NCBI GenBank assembly: GCA_963666205.1
Contig: OY762654.1
Location: forward strand, 2,432,001-2,496,000
Reading direction: 5' to 3'
DNA length: 64,000 nt
DNA from: Synergistales bacterium
GTDB lineage: Bacteria; Synergistota; Synergistia; Synergistales; JAFGMB01
Part shown: in pieces, positions 22,571 through 32,539 of the stretch
How positions within the stretch are numbered: the stretch's first letter is position 1
Layout of the letters: each line of letters begins with the position of its first letter
Position numbers and translations under genes: made by a program
Notes under the pieces: model-generated
Database searches by the model: none
Seen by the model: the letters and a program-made list of their open reading frames with translations, nothing else
Told to the model about the DNA's origin: nothing

Positions 22571-23530
22571 TCAGTCTGCCTTTGCTTTGAACCAGCTACA
22601 GGTTTCCCCTAAACCTTCTTCCAGTGTGAAAGGAGGGGTCCAGCCGAATGATCCTCTGGCTTTTTCTGAAGATACCTGGAGAGAACCAAGTACTTTTTCT
22701 GCTTCTCTTCCTTTGCCCAGAAGCTTTGCTGCCAGGAAGAGCAGGGGGGGTGGAAATGGAAAGAGAAGTTCAGGTTTCCCAAATCCTTTCCTCAGCTTTT
22801 TCAGAAGCTCTGTTGTGGAAAGGTCAGGTTCATCAGAGATATGAAAGATATTATTCCCGGCATCGGATTTTTCAAGCAGATGGACTACAGCATGGGCCAG
22901 GTTTTTTACAAAGATGACACTTCTCATGTTATTCGATGATCCCAGTGGAAGGGGTATTCCCGCTGATGCGATTTTCAGAAGCCTCTGGAAGTTTCCCTTT
23001 ACCTCCGGTCCGAAGACCAGGGGTGGTCGAATAATAACGTATTCCATCCCTTCTCCTTTGGAGCAGAGCTCAATAAGGAGTTTTTCCGCTTCTAGCTTGG
23101 TTTTGCCGTAGTTATCCTCGGGGAGGGCAGGAAAATTTTCATCCAGGGGGGATGTGGATCTTTCTCCTATGGCCTTTATGGAGCTCATGAAAAGGAACTT
23201 TTTTATCCCGGATGAGAGGCAGGCCTTAGTCAGATTTTCCGTCAGATCGACATTGACCCTCTTGTAATCCAGATAGAGATCATGTCTCTCGAGGTCAGGG
23301 GTGTGAGTCCGTGCTATGAGATGGATGACATGAGTTATTCCCTGAAGGGCTTTATGCCAATCCTGGACTGAATAAATGTCTTCCACAATCAGGGGAAGAA
23401 CTTCTGAAGGGAGGAGTGATCCGGTTTCCTTATCCCGTACAGCTCCAGTTACTGTCCATCCCCGGGAGATCAGTTCGCTGCATACGTGCCTTCCTATAAA
23501 ACCGTTAGCACCGGTCACCAGGACCTTCAT
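22571..23530 (-). CDS. NAD-dependent epimerase/4-reductase (WbpK/WbpV-like)
   Basis: VLVTGANGFIG, YGKTK, IRPPLVFGPEVKGNF. Confidence 0.82.
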   Translation of the reverse strand: MKVLVTGANGFIGRHVCSELISRGWTVTGAVRDKETGSLLPSEVLPLIVEDIYSVQDWHKALQGITHVIHLIARTHTPDLERHDLYLDYKRVNVDLTENLTKACLSSGIKKFLFMSSIKAIGERSTSPLDENFPALPEDNYGKTKLEAEKLLIELCSKGEGMEYVIIRPPLVFGPEVKGNFQRLLKIASAGIPLPLGSSNNMRSVIFVKNLAHAVVHLLEKSDAGNNIFHISDEPDLSTTELLKKLRKGFGKPELLFPFPPPLLFLAAKLLGKGREAEKVLGSLQVSSEKARGSFGWTPPFTLEEGLGETCSWFKAKAD

Positions 23531-25428
23531 CAGTATCTCTCCATGGATGGCCCTGATCCTGCGGTGGCCTTTGGAATCATGCTGATATCTGATGTGGAGT
23601 TGAATCGGCAGTGGGGCACCAGTTTTTCAAAAGCCCTGTATATAGCTGCTCTATCTCCTCTATGGGCGGAGGCAAAAAGGTCTTCCAGATGGTCTTCCAG
23701 ATGGTCTGGCAGATTGGGATTTTTTGCGAAAAATATCTTGTCATGTTTCGTGGCAAGGGTGCCTTCCTCGGCTGTAAGGAGTTCTTCAAAAAGTTTTTCA
23801 CCCGGGCGTATTCCGGAATAAACTATATCGATATCAACAGAGGGCTCAAAGCCTGAAAGCCTGATCAGGTCCTTTGCCAGGTCCAGGATCTTTATGGGCT
23901 TCCCCATGTCAAGGACATAGACAGTTCCGTTTCCGTTCATCCCTCCCGCCTGAAGGACAAGTTGTACCGCTTCAGGAATGGTCATGAAGTATCGCTGCAT
24001 TTCAGGATGGGTAACAGTAACGGGTCCGCCCCTCTGGATCTGTTCCTTGAACATGGGCACAACGCTTCCCCTGCTTCCAAGAACATTACCGAACCTCACG
24101 GAGATAAAGGCCTGTCCGGGCGATGCCCTTTCTGCTCCCCGGCGGACGACCATTTCAGCGACCCTTTTTGAAGCGCCCATTATGGATGAAGGGTTCACAG
24201 CCTTATCTGTGGATATATTTACGAAACGCTCTACTCCGGATTCCAGTGCACATTGAACAAGGTTTTTTGTGCCGCCAATATTATTGAATATAGCTTCATC
24301 GGGATTATTTTCCATCAGGGGGACATGTTTATGGGCGGCGGCATGAAATACAACCTGAGGACGACAGGATTGAAAAACCCTGCGGGTCTTGTCCATGAGC
24401 CGGACGTCGCTGATCACTATCTTGTAGTCAGCCTCGGGATAATCCCGTTTCAGCTGGTTCTCAACCTGGAAAAGGCTGTTCTCTCCTCTGCCCAGGAGCA
24501 CTACGCGTAGGGGATTGAAATTCAGCACCTGTCGGACAAGTTCCGAGCCTATGGACCCTCCGGCTCCGGTGATCAGTACGGTCTTGTTATCCAGGTAATC
24601 TGCTATTTCTTCAAGGTGGAGATCCACAGGTTCCCGCCTGAGCAGGTCTTCAACTTCCACTTTGCGTATGTTTGATATGGTTACTTTACCTGATACAAGT
24701 TCATGGAGTCCTGGCATGGTTCTGAATGGCACCCGGGCCTTTCTGGCGAGGTCCATAACATTTCTTGTTACCTCTCCCGGAACGGAGGGCATCGCTATAA
24801 GGATTTCAGATACATCTTCATCTTTAACTACCTGGGGGAGGATGGCTAGTTCTCCAAAAACGGGAAGTCCCAGAATGTTGATGTGATGTTTGGTGGTGTC
24901 ATCATCCAGAAATCCTATAGGGATCATCCCTGATTCTGGATGTTTCATCATTTCCTTTGACATCATTGTTCCGGCTTCACCTGCTCCTACGACGAGAACT
25001 CTTCTGGTTATACGGGGGAGGGGTGATAGGCCGGTTTTTTCATGGTAAAGACGCCAGGCAAGTCTGGCGAAACCCATAAAAAACAATGTTAGAAGCCCAT
25101 CTATGGTGGGTACGGATCTTGGAACTCGAAGAAAAGTGTGCATAAGGAATATGAGAGTTGACTGAAAAAGGATGAAGATACCGCATAATTTTATAATACC
25201 GGTCAGGTCCTGGATGCTTGAATAACGCCAGAACTGTTTGTTTACCCGGAACTGGTTCATAAGGATCGCTTTCAAGGGGAGAGAGACCAGCAGATATATT
25301 CGCATGGATTCCTGGAAAACAGAAAGATCTCCACCGAGCCTCAGCCAGAAGGCAAGGAAAGATGATGTCAATCCGAGGAAAATATCAAGAATAAATTTTG
25401 CAGTTAACATGTGTTTTGCCTTTATCAT
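23530..25428 (-). CDS. UDP-GlcNAc 4,6-dehydratase, CapD/PglF/WbpM family
   Basis: N-terminal TMs, GAGEAG, TGAGGSIGSEL, HAAAHKHVP, STDKAVNP, VRFGNVLGSRGSV; ATG 25428 after AAGGAG. Confidence 0.93.
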   Translation of the reverse strand: MIKAKHMLTAKFILDIFLGLTSSFLAFWLRLGGDLSVFQESMRIYLLVSLPLKAILMNQFRVNKQFWRYSSIQDLTGIIKLCGIFILFQSTLIFLMHTFLRVPRSVPTIDGLLTLFFMGFARLAWRLYHEKTGLSPLPRITRRVLVVGAGEAGTMMSKEMMKHPESGMIPIGFLDDDTTKHHINILGLPVFGELAILPQVVKDEDVSEILIAMPSVPGEVTRNVMDLARKARVPFRTMPGLHELVSGKVTISNIRKVEVEDLLRREPVDLHLEEIADYLDNKTVLITGAGGSIGSELVRQVLNFNPLRVVLLGRGENSLFQVENQLKRDYPEADYKIVISDVRLMDKTRRVFQSCRPQVVFHAAAHKHVPLMENNPDEAIFNNIGGTKNLVQCALESGVERFVNISTDKAVNPSSIMGASKRVAEMVVRRGAERASPGQAFISVRFGNVLGSRGSVVPMFKEQIQRGGPVTVTHPEMQRYFMTIPEAVQLVLQAGGMNGNGTVYVLDMGKPIKILDLAKDLIRLSGFEPSVDIDIVYSGIRPGEKLFEELLTAEEGTLATKHDKIFFAKNPNLPDHLEDHLEDLFASAHRGDRAAIYRAFEKLVPHCRFNSTSDISMIPKATAGSGPSMERY

Positions 25429-25556
25429 TAATATCTCCTTAAACATTTTAGAGAAGTCCATATATCGAAGGGGATCAGGATCTGCCAGTTGCATGATAAC
25501 CTGGTTTTCTTCAGTATACAGTAAAAGAAGATGCTGAACATGATACTTCTTTCCAG

Positions 25557-25611
25557 CATTATAAATAACAAAGCAGGGAACAGTGAAGTCCCTGCTTTGT
25601 TATTTATAATG
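25557..25611. terminator. 23-bp perfect inverted repeat downstream of ferredoxin
   Basis: CATTATAAATAACAAAGCAGGGA / TCCCTGCTTTGTTATTTATAATG with 9-nt loop. Confidence 0.65.
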
Positions 25612-25642
25612 AATGGATATGTTATGTCGAAATCTGGAATTG

Positions 25643-25819
25643 TTAATCCTGGGTGATAGCCTCAACGGGACATACGGGTACACAGCTTCCGCACTCAATG
25701 CATTTGTCGGGTTCTACTTCGGCTTTGCCATCGATCATTGAGATCGCTTCTACTGGGCACACGCCTACGCAGGCTTCGCAGCCTACACATACATCCTTGT
25801 CTACAACAGCTTTTGCCAT
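25643..25819 (-). CDS. 2[4Fe-4S] ferredoxin
   Basis: two CxxCxxCxxxCP motifs; ATG 25819 after GAGGAGG. Confidence 0.93.
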   Translation of the reverse strand: MAKAVVDKDVCVGCEACVGVCPVEAISMIDGKAEVEPDKCIECGSCVPVCPVEAITQD

Positions 25820-25969
25820 AAAAGATCCCTCCTCTGAAATTTCTCTGACAGACTGATTATACTTTATTTTCCATTTCCAGGGCAAACAGGTTAAAGCTGC
25901 CTCACCGCAAAGACATATCTATTTTGGACCGGGGAGCAATCCCACAAACATGATGTAATGACAATTACT

Positions 25970-25991
25970 GATGCGCTGAAGCGCATCCTAT
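25970..25991 (-). repeat. REP palindrome flanking RAYT
   Basis: GATGCGCTGAAGCGCATCCTAT (reverse complement of consensus). Confidence 0.92.
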
Positions 25992-26018
25992 GATTCAGAG
26001 AAGGAAAAAGAACCTGAT

Positions 26019-26040
26019 ATAGGATGTGCTTCAGCGCATC
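26019..26040 (+). repeat. REP palindrome flanking RAYT
   Basis: ATAGGATGTGCTTCAGCGCATC. Confidence 0.92.
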
Positions 26041-26046
26041 ATAGGT

Positions 26047-26595
26047 CTATTCACCAAACTCATCGTCAGTATTGAGAGGTGAATAAGGATTCCATTCCTC
26101 ATCGTAAACACCTGTCTGAACATATTTCCTGAAAGTTGACCATTCCCATTCACCTGGTTTTTCAGTCAGTCCATGTTTTACCGGGTTGTAATGAATGTAG
26201 TCAAAATGTTTTATGTAATCTTCTTCAGATATTATGACATGCTCCCAGAACCGTCTTTGCCAGTATCCGGATTCTCTTCTTTTAGCTCGGCTTTCTGATG
26301 CTGGTTTTTCCATTTGTTGATGTTGGGCAAACAGCCTGGAGAAACGTGACTTTATTGAGGCCCAGCGAAGCCCGGATCTTTCATCTTCTTCCGGTAGAGT
26401 CCAGATACAATGGAGATGGTCAGGAAGGATACAAATCGCTTCGAGATCAAATGGGTATTTTTGATGTGTCTTTCGGATACTGGATCGTAACGTATCCACA
26501 GCGGGCCTGTTTGAAAAAAGGGGCATCCGGTTATAGGTAACAACAGTAAAAAAGGATGTTTTCCCTTTCATATGAATTCTTCGGTAATCTGTCAT
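26047..26595 (-). mobile_element. rayT: REP-associated tyrosine transposase (RAYT, YafM/TnpA-REP type, HUH)
   Basis: MTDYRR, FFTVVT, ILPDHLHCIW (HUH), WQRRFWEHVI, DYIHYNPVKHGL; flanked by REP palindromes. Confidence 0.93.
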
Positions 26596-26614
26596 TTTTA
26601 TTCAGAAGCCTTCT

Positions 26615-26636
26615 GATGCGCTGAAGCGCATCCTAT
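26615..26636 (-). repeat. REP palindrome flanking RAYT
   Basis: GATGCGCTGAAGCGCATCCTAT. Confidence 0.92.
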
Positions 26637-26694
26637 AATTTTATGTTTTAAAACAAGACCTGGCGGTTATTCCTTGTGATGTGTTGAAAACTGT

Positions 26695-26716
26695 GATGCA
26701 CAGAAGCGCATCCTAT
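26695..26716 (-). repeat. REP palindrome flanking RAYT (degenerate)
   Basis: GATGCACAGAAGCGCATCCTAT. Confidence 0.85.
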
Positions 26717-26744
26717 CCAACAGGTAAGAATAGGATAATAAGTC

Positions 26745-26766
26745 ATAGGATGTGCTTCAGCGCATC
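26745..26766 (+). repeat. REP palindrome flanking RAYT
   Basis: ATAGGATGTGCTTCAGCGCATC. Confidence 0.92.
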
Positions 26767-26788
26767 TTTACAGTTGTAATTTTACGAT

Positions 26789-27805
26789 TTACTTTGACCA
26801 GTAGATGTTTGGTGGATATTCGGGTTTGGGGTCACGGGTCAAAAGCTCTTTGAGCTTCTCCTTTGGAGAGACGCCCTGGTAGAGAATGGAGTTGACCGCC
26901 TGAGCTATTGGCAGTTCCACCTTGTATTTAGATGCCAGTTTTACCATAGCTTTTACTGTGTAGGCTCCTTCGGCCACCTGTCCCAGTTCCTTTTTGGCCT
27001 CTTCAAGACTCTTTCCCTCTCCAAGGGCCATACCAAGGCGGAAATTCCTGGAATGGAAGCTGTAACATGTGACCACAAGGTCTCCCACTCCTGCCAGTCC
27101 GGCGAGAGTGAGGGGATGGGCCCCCATCTTCGCTCCCAGGCGCATGATCTCAGCGAGACCTCTGCTGACAAGGGCAGCGGTTGTATTATCTCCCAGCTCC
27201 ATGGCGCGAGCCATACCAGAAGCTACTGCTATGACGTTCTTTACTGCCGCTCCTACTTCCACCCCTGCCACATCGTGACCGGTGTAAACCCTGAAGACGG
27301 GGCCATTCATGAGTTCCTGCCAGTGCAGAGCTTCCTTTTCTATCTCGGAGGCAACTACTACTGCGGTGGGCATTCTCTGTATGACCTCTTCTGCATGGCT
27401 TGGTCCTGAAAGAACTGAAAATGGTACTTCGGGCATTATGTCTGCAGCGATTTCGCTGATCCTGGACATGGTGGATATCTCGAAGCCCTTGGCGGCATTA
27501 CACAGGTGAAGGGGTTTGAGTTGCCTGGTCCTGAGTTCGCTGATTACCTCCCTAACGGCCTGGGTCGGTACTACGAAAAGCCAGTTTTCGGAATGATGGG
27601 CCGCTTCTGTAAGATCGGTTGTAGCCCGAATTCCCTTTTCGAGGGGATGATTGTTAAGATAACCGGGATTGAAACCGGATTCGTTGATAGTCTTAACGTT
27701 TTCTTCTTCGATGCTCCACAAAAGGACATCGTGGCCGTTCCTTGCAGCAGTGTCAGCAAGAGCTGTACCCCAGCTTCCTGCTCCGAATATGCTTAGTTTT
27801 GCCAT
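26789..27805 (-). CDS. gpsA: NAD(P)H-dependent glycerol-3-phosphate dehydrogenase
   Basis: GAGSWGTALA, LSGPSHAEEV, KNVIAVASG, GLAGVGDLVVTC, SRN. Confidence 0.96.
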   Translation of the reverse strand: MAKLSIFGAGSWGTALADTAARNGHDVLLWSIEEENVKTINESGFNPGYLNNHPLEKGIRATTDLTEAAHHSENWLFVVPTQAVREVISELRTRQLKPLHLCNAAKGFEISTMSRISEIAADIMPEVPFSVLSGPSHAEEVIQRMPTAVVVASEIEKEALHWQELMNGPVFRVYTGHDVAGVEVGAAVKNVIAVASGMARAMELGDNTTAALVSRGLAEIMRLGAKMGAHPLTLAGLAGVGDLVVTCYSFHSRNFRLGMALGEGKSLEEAKKELGQVAEGAYTVKAMVKLASKYKVELPIAQAVNSILYQGVSPKEKLKELLTRDPKPEYPPNIYWSK

Positions 27806-27839
27806 GTTTACCTTCCTTTCGAGTGTCTTTTAAAAGAGT

Positions 27840-29003
27840 TCATTTCCCCGTTTTGCGGGGGAGGGGAGTAATAACGGTCACCAGTGTTCCGGCGATAATT
27901 ATAACGCTTGCAGCCCAGAATGCGGGAACCAGAGAATTTGTTATGTCTCTGAGATATCCTGAGATTATGGGTGCAATTATGGCGGAGGTCATCACTGTAC
28001 AGTTGAAAAAGCCGGATGCCGCGCCCATCTTCCCGGGGTATCTTATACTGACGATATCTCCCATCCAGGCCACCATTACCGATATTATGGCAGAGTTGCT
28101 GAGCATTCCGTATATCATCAGGGTAATTATAATACCGGGAAAGGAAGTTACCCTTGAAAGGATGAAGATCATGATCGCTGAAAGAGGGAATACCAGGATT
28201 GTAACTATTTTCCTGTTCGTCCTGTCGGATAGCCGTCCCCAGAAGAGTCCGGCCGGGATGGCAGTTATTGCCAGAAGTCCTGTGAAGAGTCCGGCCTGGG
28301 AAAGGCTGAGACCCCTTTCGACTTTCAGGAATGTGGGTCCCCATGTCATGGCCACCCAGAATCCGTAAAGTGATGTGAATGTGGCGAAATTTATTTTCCA
28401 GAGGTCCATATCCCTGAAAAGGGCAAGATAGTCTCCAAGGTTTGGTGTGTTGGGATCCTTGATGGATGGGAGCATTTTATGGAAGATGGCTACCATAAGT
28501 AGTGTAGGAATAGTGAGTATGAGAAATGGTGCCTTGTATGAGCCCAGGCTATTGTATATGGGGCCGCTCATGGTCATTCCTATCAGCATTCCCAGGGCCA
28601 TTCCTATTCCTATAGTAGCTGCGCTGAATGCCCTTTTTGAGGGGGAAACCACCTGAAAGAGGGTGCCGAAACAGGTGGGGTAGTATGCGCCTGCTCCCAT
28701 ACCGGAAAGGGCAGAGAAAAGAAGGAGAAGATAATATGAATTTCCCAGAGTACCCAGTCCGAGCATTCCAAATCCTGCTATCACGAACATGAACATCATA
28801 ACCTTTTTCAGTCCCCATCTGTCCCCGGCAAGTCCGGCAGGGATCTGCATTATGACGTAGGTAAGGAAATAGGCGCTGGTAAGGGAACCGGCCTGGGCCG
28901 AGGTCAGAGAAAGGTCTTTTGCTATCACGGAAAGTAAAGGATACAGGCAGGTCCTGTCGGAATAAAGAACAGCCCAGCCAAGCATAAGCGCAAAGAGCAT
29001 CAT
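27840..29003 (-). CDS. MFS transporter
   Basis: 12-TM pattern, GLAGDRWGLKK and GRLSDRTNRK MFS loop motifs. Confidence 0.88.
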   Translation of the reverse strand: MMLFALMLGWAVLYSDRTCLYPLLSVIAKDLSLTSAQAGSLTSAYFLTYVIMQIPAGLAGDRWGLKKVMMFMFVIAGFGMLGLGTLGNSYYLLLLFSALSGMGAGAYYPTCFGTLFQVVSPSKRAFSAATIGIGMALGMLIGMTMSGPIYNSLGSYKAPFLILTIPTLLMVAIFHKMLPSIKDPNTPNLGDYLALFRDMDLWKINFATFTSLYGFWVAMTWGPTFLKVERGLSLSQAGLFTGLLAITAIPAGLFWGRLSDRTNRKIVTILVFPLSAIMIFILSRVTSFPGIIITLMIYGMLSNSAIISVMVAWMGDIVSIRYPGKMGAASGFFNCTVMTSAIIAPIISGYLRDITNSLVPAFWAASVIIIAGTLVTVITPLPRKTGK

Positions 29004-29193
29004 AAGTATGATCCACCTCCCAAATGCAGCTAATATAACACGAAAATGTGACCATTAACGTTTCTTTCAGCTAAAAGGTTCTGTAGATGTTAAAATTATG
29101 ATGAAAGTTCAAATCAGGTATTGTCAATAGCAATAATTCTGGCTTAAATTAAGGAAATGAACGATCTGCAATTTTCGCCGAAAACATGAATCC

Positions 29194-30366
29194 ATGAACA
29201 TCGATCTTATCCTGGGAGGGATGGCTTTGGCGAACGAAGAATCTTCAGGACTGCATTACATTAGAGAAAAGGTCAACAAATTCATCGAATACAGCATAGA
29301 TAATATTTCCTACATTCGTCAGGATGAACTGGACAGATTTCCCGAAACCCAGAATGAGCTTTCCAGGGTAAGTCAGGAACTCGAGGATCTGGAAGCTGTG
29401 ACGGCTCAGGCGAGGAAGGAATATGAAAAATTCCGTGCGAGTCTCCTTGATACAAGCCTTTCATCCAGTACGGAGATCGGGACCGATGATTACAACAGGG
29501 GCGCCCATCTTCTTAAAATGCTCACTACCTTTGAAGAACGGAAAAGAGATCTGGAAGAACAGGAAGGCATCCTTTCCAGCGAAGTTGAGAGAATAAAGAA
29601 ACTGATGTCCGCAAGCGTAGAGATGGCAAACAAATTCCGTCTTGCTCTAAGGGTAATGGGGGCGGATATGGAAGAACTGGAGACCGGTTCGGGAACGGAT
29701 GTCCAGTCCCTTGTGCATGCCTACAGGATAGCGGAGAGGGAGTCCATGAGTCTTGCCCGGGACCTTCATGATGGTCCTGCCCAGAAACTGGCCAGTGCTG
29801 TTCTTCTTGTCGAGCTTGTTGAGAGGATGATAAAGTCTGGAGATATTGAAAAGGCTCTTGATGAGCTTCACCAGATCACAGATCAGGTGAGGGAAGCCTT
29901 GTGGGACACAAGATCCTTCCTTCTCCGTCTGAACCCCAAGGGTCTTGAATATGGTCTTGACCTTGCTCTGAAACGTTTCATAGATCAGATAAGGATAATT
30001 TCCGATACAGAGGTTGTTCTGAGCAGTAAAGGGGAATTTTCAGTTTTATCCCTTCCGCAGCGCTCCAATATTTTCAAGATAATCCATCAGGCAGTTATGA
30101 ATGCTGTTCAGAAGGGAAAAGCAAGAAAGGTGCAGATATTTCTGAACGGAGGAAGAAAAACATTATACGCCAGGATCATCGATGACGGGGCCGGGTTTGA
30201 AGTCGAAGAAGCGATAAAACAGGCCAAGGAGAGGGGGTCCTTCGGACTTATGAACATGGAGGAACGGACCCGTATCGCTGGAGGGTCCATCAAGATCGAA
30301 AGTTCCCCTGGCAAGGGTACCCATATATCACTTGAGATACCAGTATCGGAGGCGGATTTGTTTTGA
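29194..30366 (+). CDS. cytoplasmic sensor histidine kinase, DegS-like (HisKA_3)
   Basis: coiled-coil N-terminus without TM, LARDLHDGPAQ, DDGAGF, FGLMNMEER, PGKGT. Confidence 0.85.
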   Translation: MNIDLILGGMALANEESSGLHYIREKVNKFIEYSIDNISYIRQDELDRFPETQNELSRVSQELEDLEAVTAQARKEYEKFRASLLDTSLSSSTEIGTDDYNRGAHLLKMLTTFEERKRDLEEQEGILSSEVERIKKLMSASVEMANKFRLALRVMGADMEELETGSGTDVQSLVHAYRIAERESMSLARDLHDGPAQKLASAVLLVELVERMIKSGDIEKALDELHQITDQVREALWDTRSFLLRLNPKGLEYGLDLALKRFIDQIRIISDTEVVLSSKGEFSVLSLPQRSNIFKIIHQAVMNAVQKGKARKVQIFLNGGRKTLYARIIDDGAGFEVEEAIKQAKERGSFGLMNMEERTRIAGGSIKIESSPGKGTHISLEIPVSEADLF

Positions 30367-31037
30367 GCGTATACCGAATTGTTCTTGCAGATGACCATAA
30401 ACTTTTTCGAGATGGACTTGAAAGACTCCTTAATCTTGAACCTGACGTTGAAGTAGTCGGAAGGGCTGATAATGGAGAAGAAGCCCTTGGAGTGGTAGAA
30501 GAGAAAAAACCGGATATTCTCCTTCTGGATGTTCATATGCCAATTATGGGTGGTACAGAACTGGTTAACGAACTTAATAAAAGGGGAATAGACCTTAAGT
30601 GCATAGCCATAACTGCCTTTGATGACGAGGAGCATATTGCCCAGCTTTCACAGGCTGGAGTGAGTGGCTATGTTCTCAAGACATCAGGTTTTACCGAAGT
30701 CCTTGCCGCTGTACGTTCTGTTGGTAAGGGGTTCCCCTATGTAGATCCGGGTATCGCCCAGAAACTGCTTTCTCCAATGAAAAAAGGTGAAGATAAAACA
30801 GATCTGTTCAAAGATCTTACCCTTAGAGAAAAGGAGTCCCTTTACTGGTTATCCCAGGGTCTTAATAATACAGAGATATCCGAAAAAATGATCCTTTCCG
30901 ATAAGACCGTGAAAAACCATCTGAGCCATGTAATGCGAAAACTGGGTATCCAGGACAGGACCCAGGCTGCCATACTTGCATGGAAAATGGGCCTGGCCAA
31001 GGTGGATCCGGAGATCTTCAGGGAATCTGAAGATTGA
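30363..31037 (+). CDS. NarL/DegU-family response regulator
   Basis: LADDH, LLDVHMP receiver; LuxR HTH LSDKTVKNHLSHVMRKL. Confidence 0.92.
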   Translation: MSVYRIVLADDHKLFRDGLERLLNLEPDVEVVGRADNGEEALGVVEEKKPDILLLDVHMPIMGGTELVNELNKRGIDLKCIAITAFDDEEHIAQLSQAGVSGYVLKTSGFTEVLAAVRSVGKGFPYVDPGIAQKLLSPMKKGEDKTDLFKDLTLREKESLYWLSQGLNNTEISEKMILSDKTVKNHLSHVMRKLGIQDRTQAAILAWKMGLAKVDPEIFRESED

Positions 31038-31117
31038 AGATAAAGAATGAGGCATTGCTGCCATATTTCTTTTGAAACCCTGAATATGAGATTTCAAACA
31101 GAGGGAGGAAGAGAAAA

Positions 31118-32539
31118 ATGTTTGTAAAACAGTTCTTTATCAAGGGCATAGCCCACAGTTCCTATCTTCTGGGAGCCAATAAGGTCTGCGCTATTGTGGA
31201 TCCGAGCAGAGATATTGATATTTACCTTGAGGCAGCTGAAGAAATGGGTATGAAGATAACCCATATCCTTGAAACCCATCTTCATGCGGACTTTATCTCC
31301 GGCCACATGGAACTTGCAGAAGCTACCGGAGCGAAGATCTACGCACCCCTTTCAGGGGGTTGTGCCTTTGAGCACGAAGCTCTGAAGGAAGGGGATACCT
31401 TTCAGATAGAGGATATGAAGATAGATGTCATCGATACTCCCGGGCATACTCCTGAAGGTATGTGTTACGTAGTTACTGACCTTGGAAGGGGAGAGGAACC
31501 AGTCGCTGTTTTTACGGGAGATACTCTTTTCGTTGGGGATGTTGGAAGACCAGACCTTTTTCCCGGTATGGCAAGGGAACTTGCCTCGAAACTCTATGAC
31601 AGCCTGCATGAAAAAATACTGAAACTCCCCGATTTCTGCGAAGTATATCCTGCCCATGGGGCCGGTTCCCTGTGCGGAAGGGCCATGGGAGCCAAGAGGA
31701 CAAGCACCATAGGCTACGAAAAAAAATATAACAAGGCTCTTCTCATCGAGAACAGGGAAGAATTTATCATTTCTCTAACCACAGACATGCCAGCTGCTCC
31801 CGACCATTTTGCACGTTGCAGCGATATTAACAGGCAGGGACCGGCGACAACTTCAGATCTTCCAGTTATGATGCCAATGAAACCCCAGGAAATGAAAAAG
31901 TTCATCGAGACCCGGGATGCAGTCGTTCTGGACTGCAGATGTTTTGAAGCCTTTGGCGGGGCTCATATACCTGGGGCATTTTCCATTGATTTCGGAGGCA
32001 ATTTTGCCACTTTTGCAGGATGGATCCTTCCCCCGGACAAACCACTTCTTCTGGTGACACTCGATGAGTATCAGGCCTATGAAGCCCTTATCTGGCTTCG
32101 AAGAGTAGGTCTTGACAATGTCGTAGGCTATCTTGAGGGAGGCATGTTCCAGTGGGTGACCTCCGGACTGGATACTTCTCATGTACAGCAGATCTCGGCC
32201 AGGAAGCTCTATGAACTGACCCTGGGTAATATGCCCATCAATATTGTGGATGTAAGGGCGGATAAAGAATTTAATGCCCATCATATTGGGGGATCTGTAA
32301 ACATTGCAGTCCAGGATCTTAGAACGAGATATACCGAGCTTGATGCCAATCTGCCCACCGTCACGATCTGCGGAAGCGGACATAGATCGAGCCTTGGCTC
32401 CAGTATCCTTAAACAGAGAGGTTTCAGGGACGTTCTGAATGTAGCAGGAGGTATGACCGGATTTACGGCTGCGGGGTTTGCACCTGAGTGTCCTATGTGC
32501 AGAATGCCCCATGGTCCTCAATTTCTGGGAAAAGACTAA
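31118..32539 (+). CDS. MBL-fold persulfide dioxygenase-rhodanese fusion (CstB-like)
   Basis: ETHLHADFISG, TPGHTPE, FTGDTLFVGDVGRPDL, PAHGAGSLCG, two rhodanese domains (active CGSGHRS in the last). Confidence 0.9.
   Translation: MFVKQFFIKGIAHSSYLLGANKVCAIVDPSRDIDIYLEAAEEMGMKITHILETHLHADFISGHMELAEATGAKIYAPLSGGCAFEHEALKEGDTFQIEDMKIDVIDTPGHTPEGMCYVVTDLGRGEEPVAVFTGDTLFVGDVGRPDLFPGMARELASKLYDSLHEKILKLPDFCEVYPAHGAGSLCGRAMGAKRTSTIGYEKKYNKALLIENREEFIISLTTDMPAAPDHFARCSDINRQGPATTSDLPVMMPMKPQEMKKFIETRDAVVLDCRCFEAFGGAHIPGAFSIDFGGNFATFAGWILPPDKPLLLVTLDEYQAYEALIWLRRVGLDNVVGYLEGGMFQWVTSGLDTSHVQQISARKLYELTLGNMPINIVDVRADKEFNAHHIGGSVNIAVQDLRTRYTELDANLPTVTICGSGHRSSLGSSILKQRGFRDVLNVAGGMTGFTAAGFAPECPMCRMPHGPQFLGKD

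Noticed and set aside
26047-26595. IS200/IS605 TnpA
   Set aside because: WQRRFWEH and NPVKHG motifs plus REP flanks indicate RAYT; no tnpB
25970-26766. Repeated 22-nt palindromes as a CRISPR array
   Set aside because: Orientation alternates, spacing is irregular, no cas genes, and they flank a RAYT
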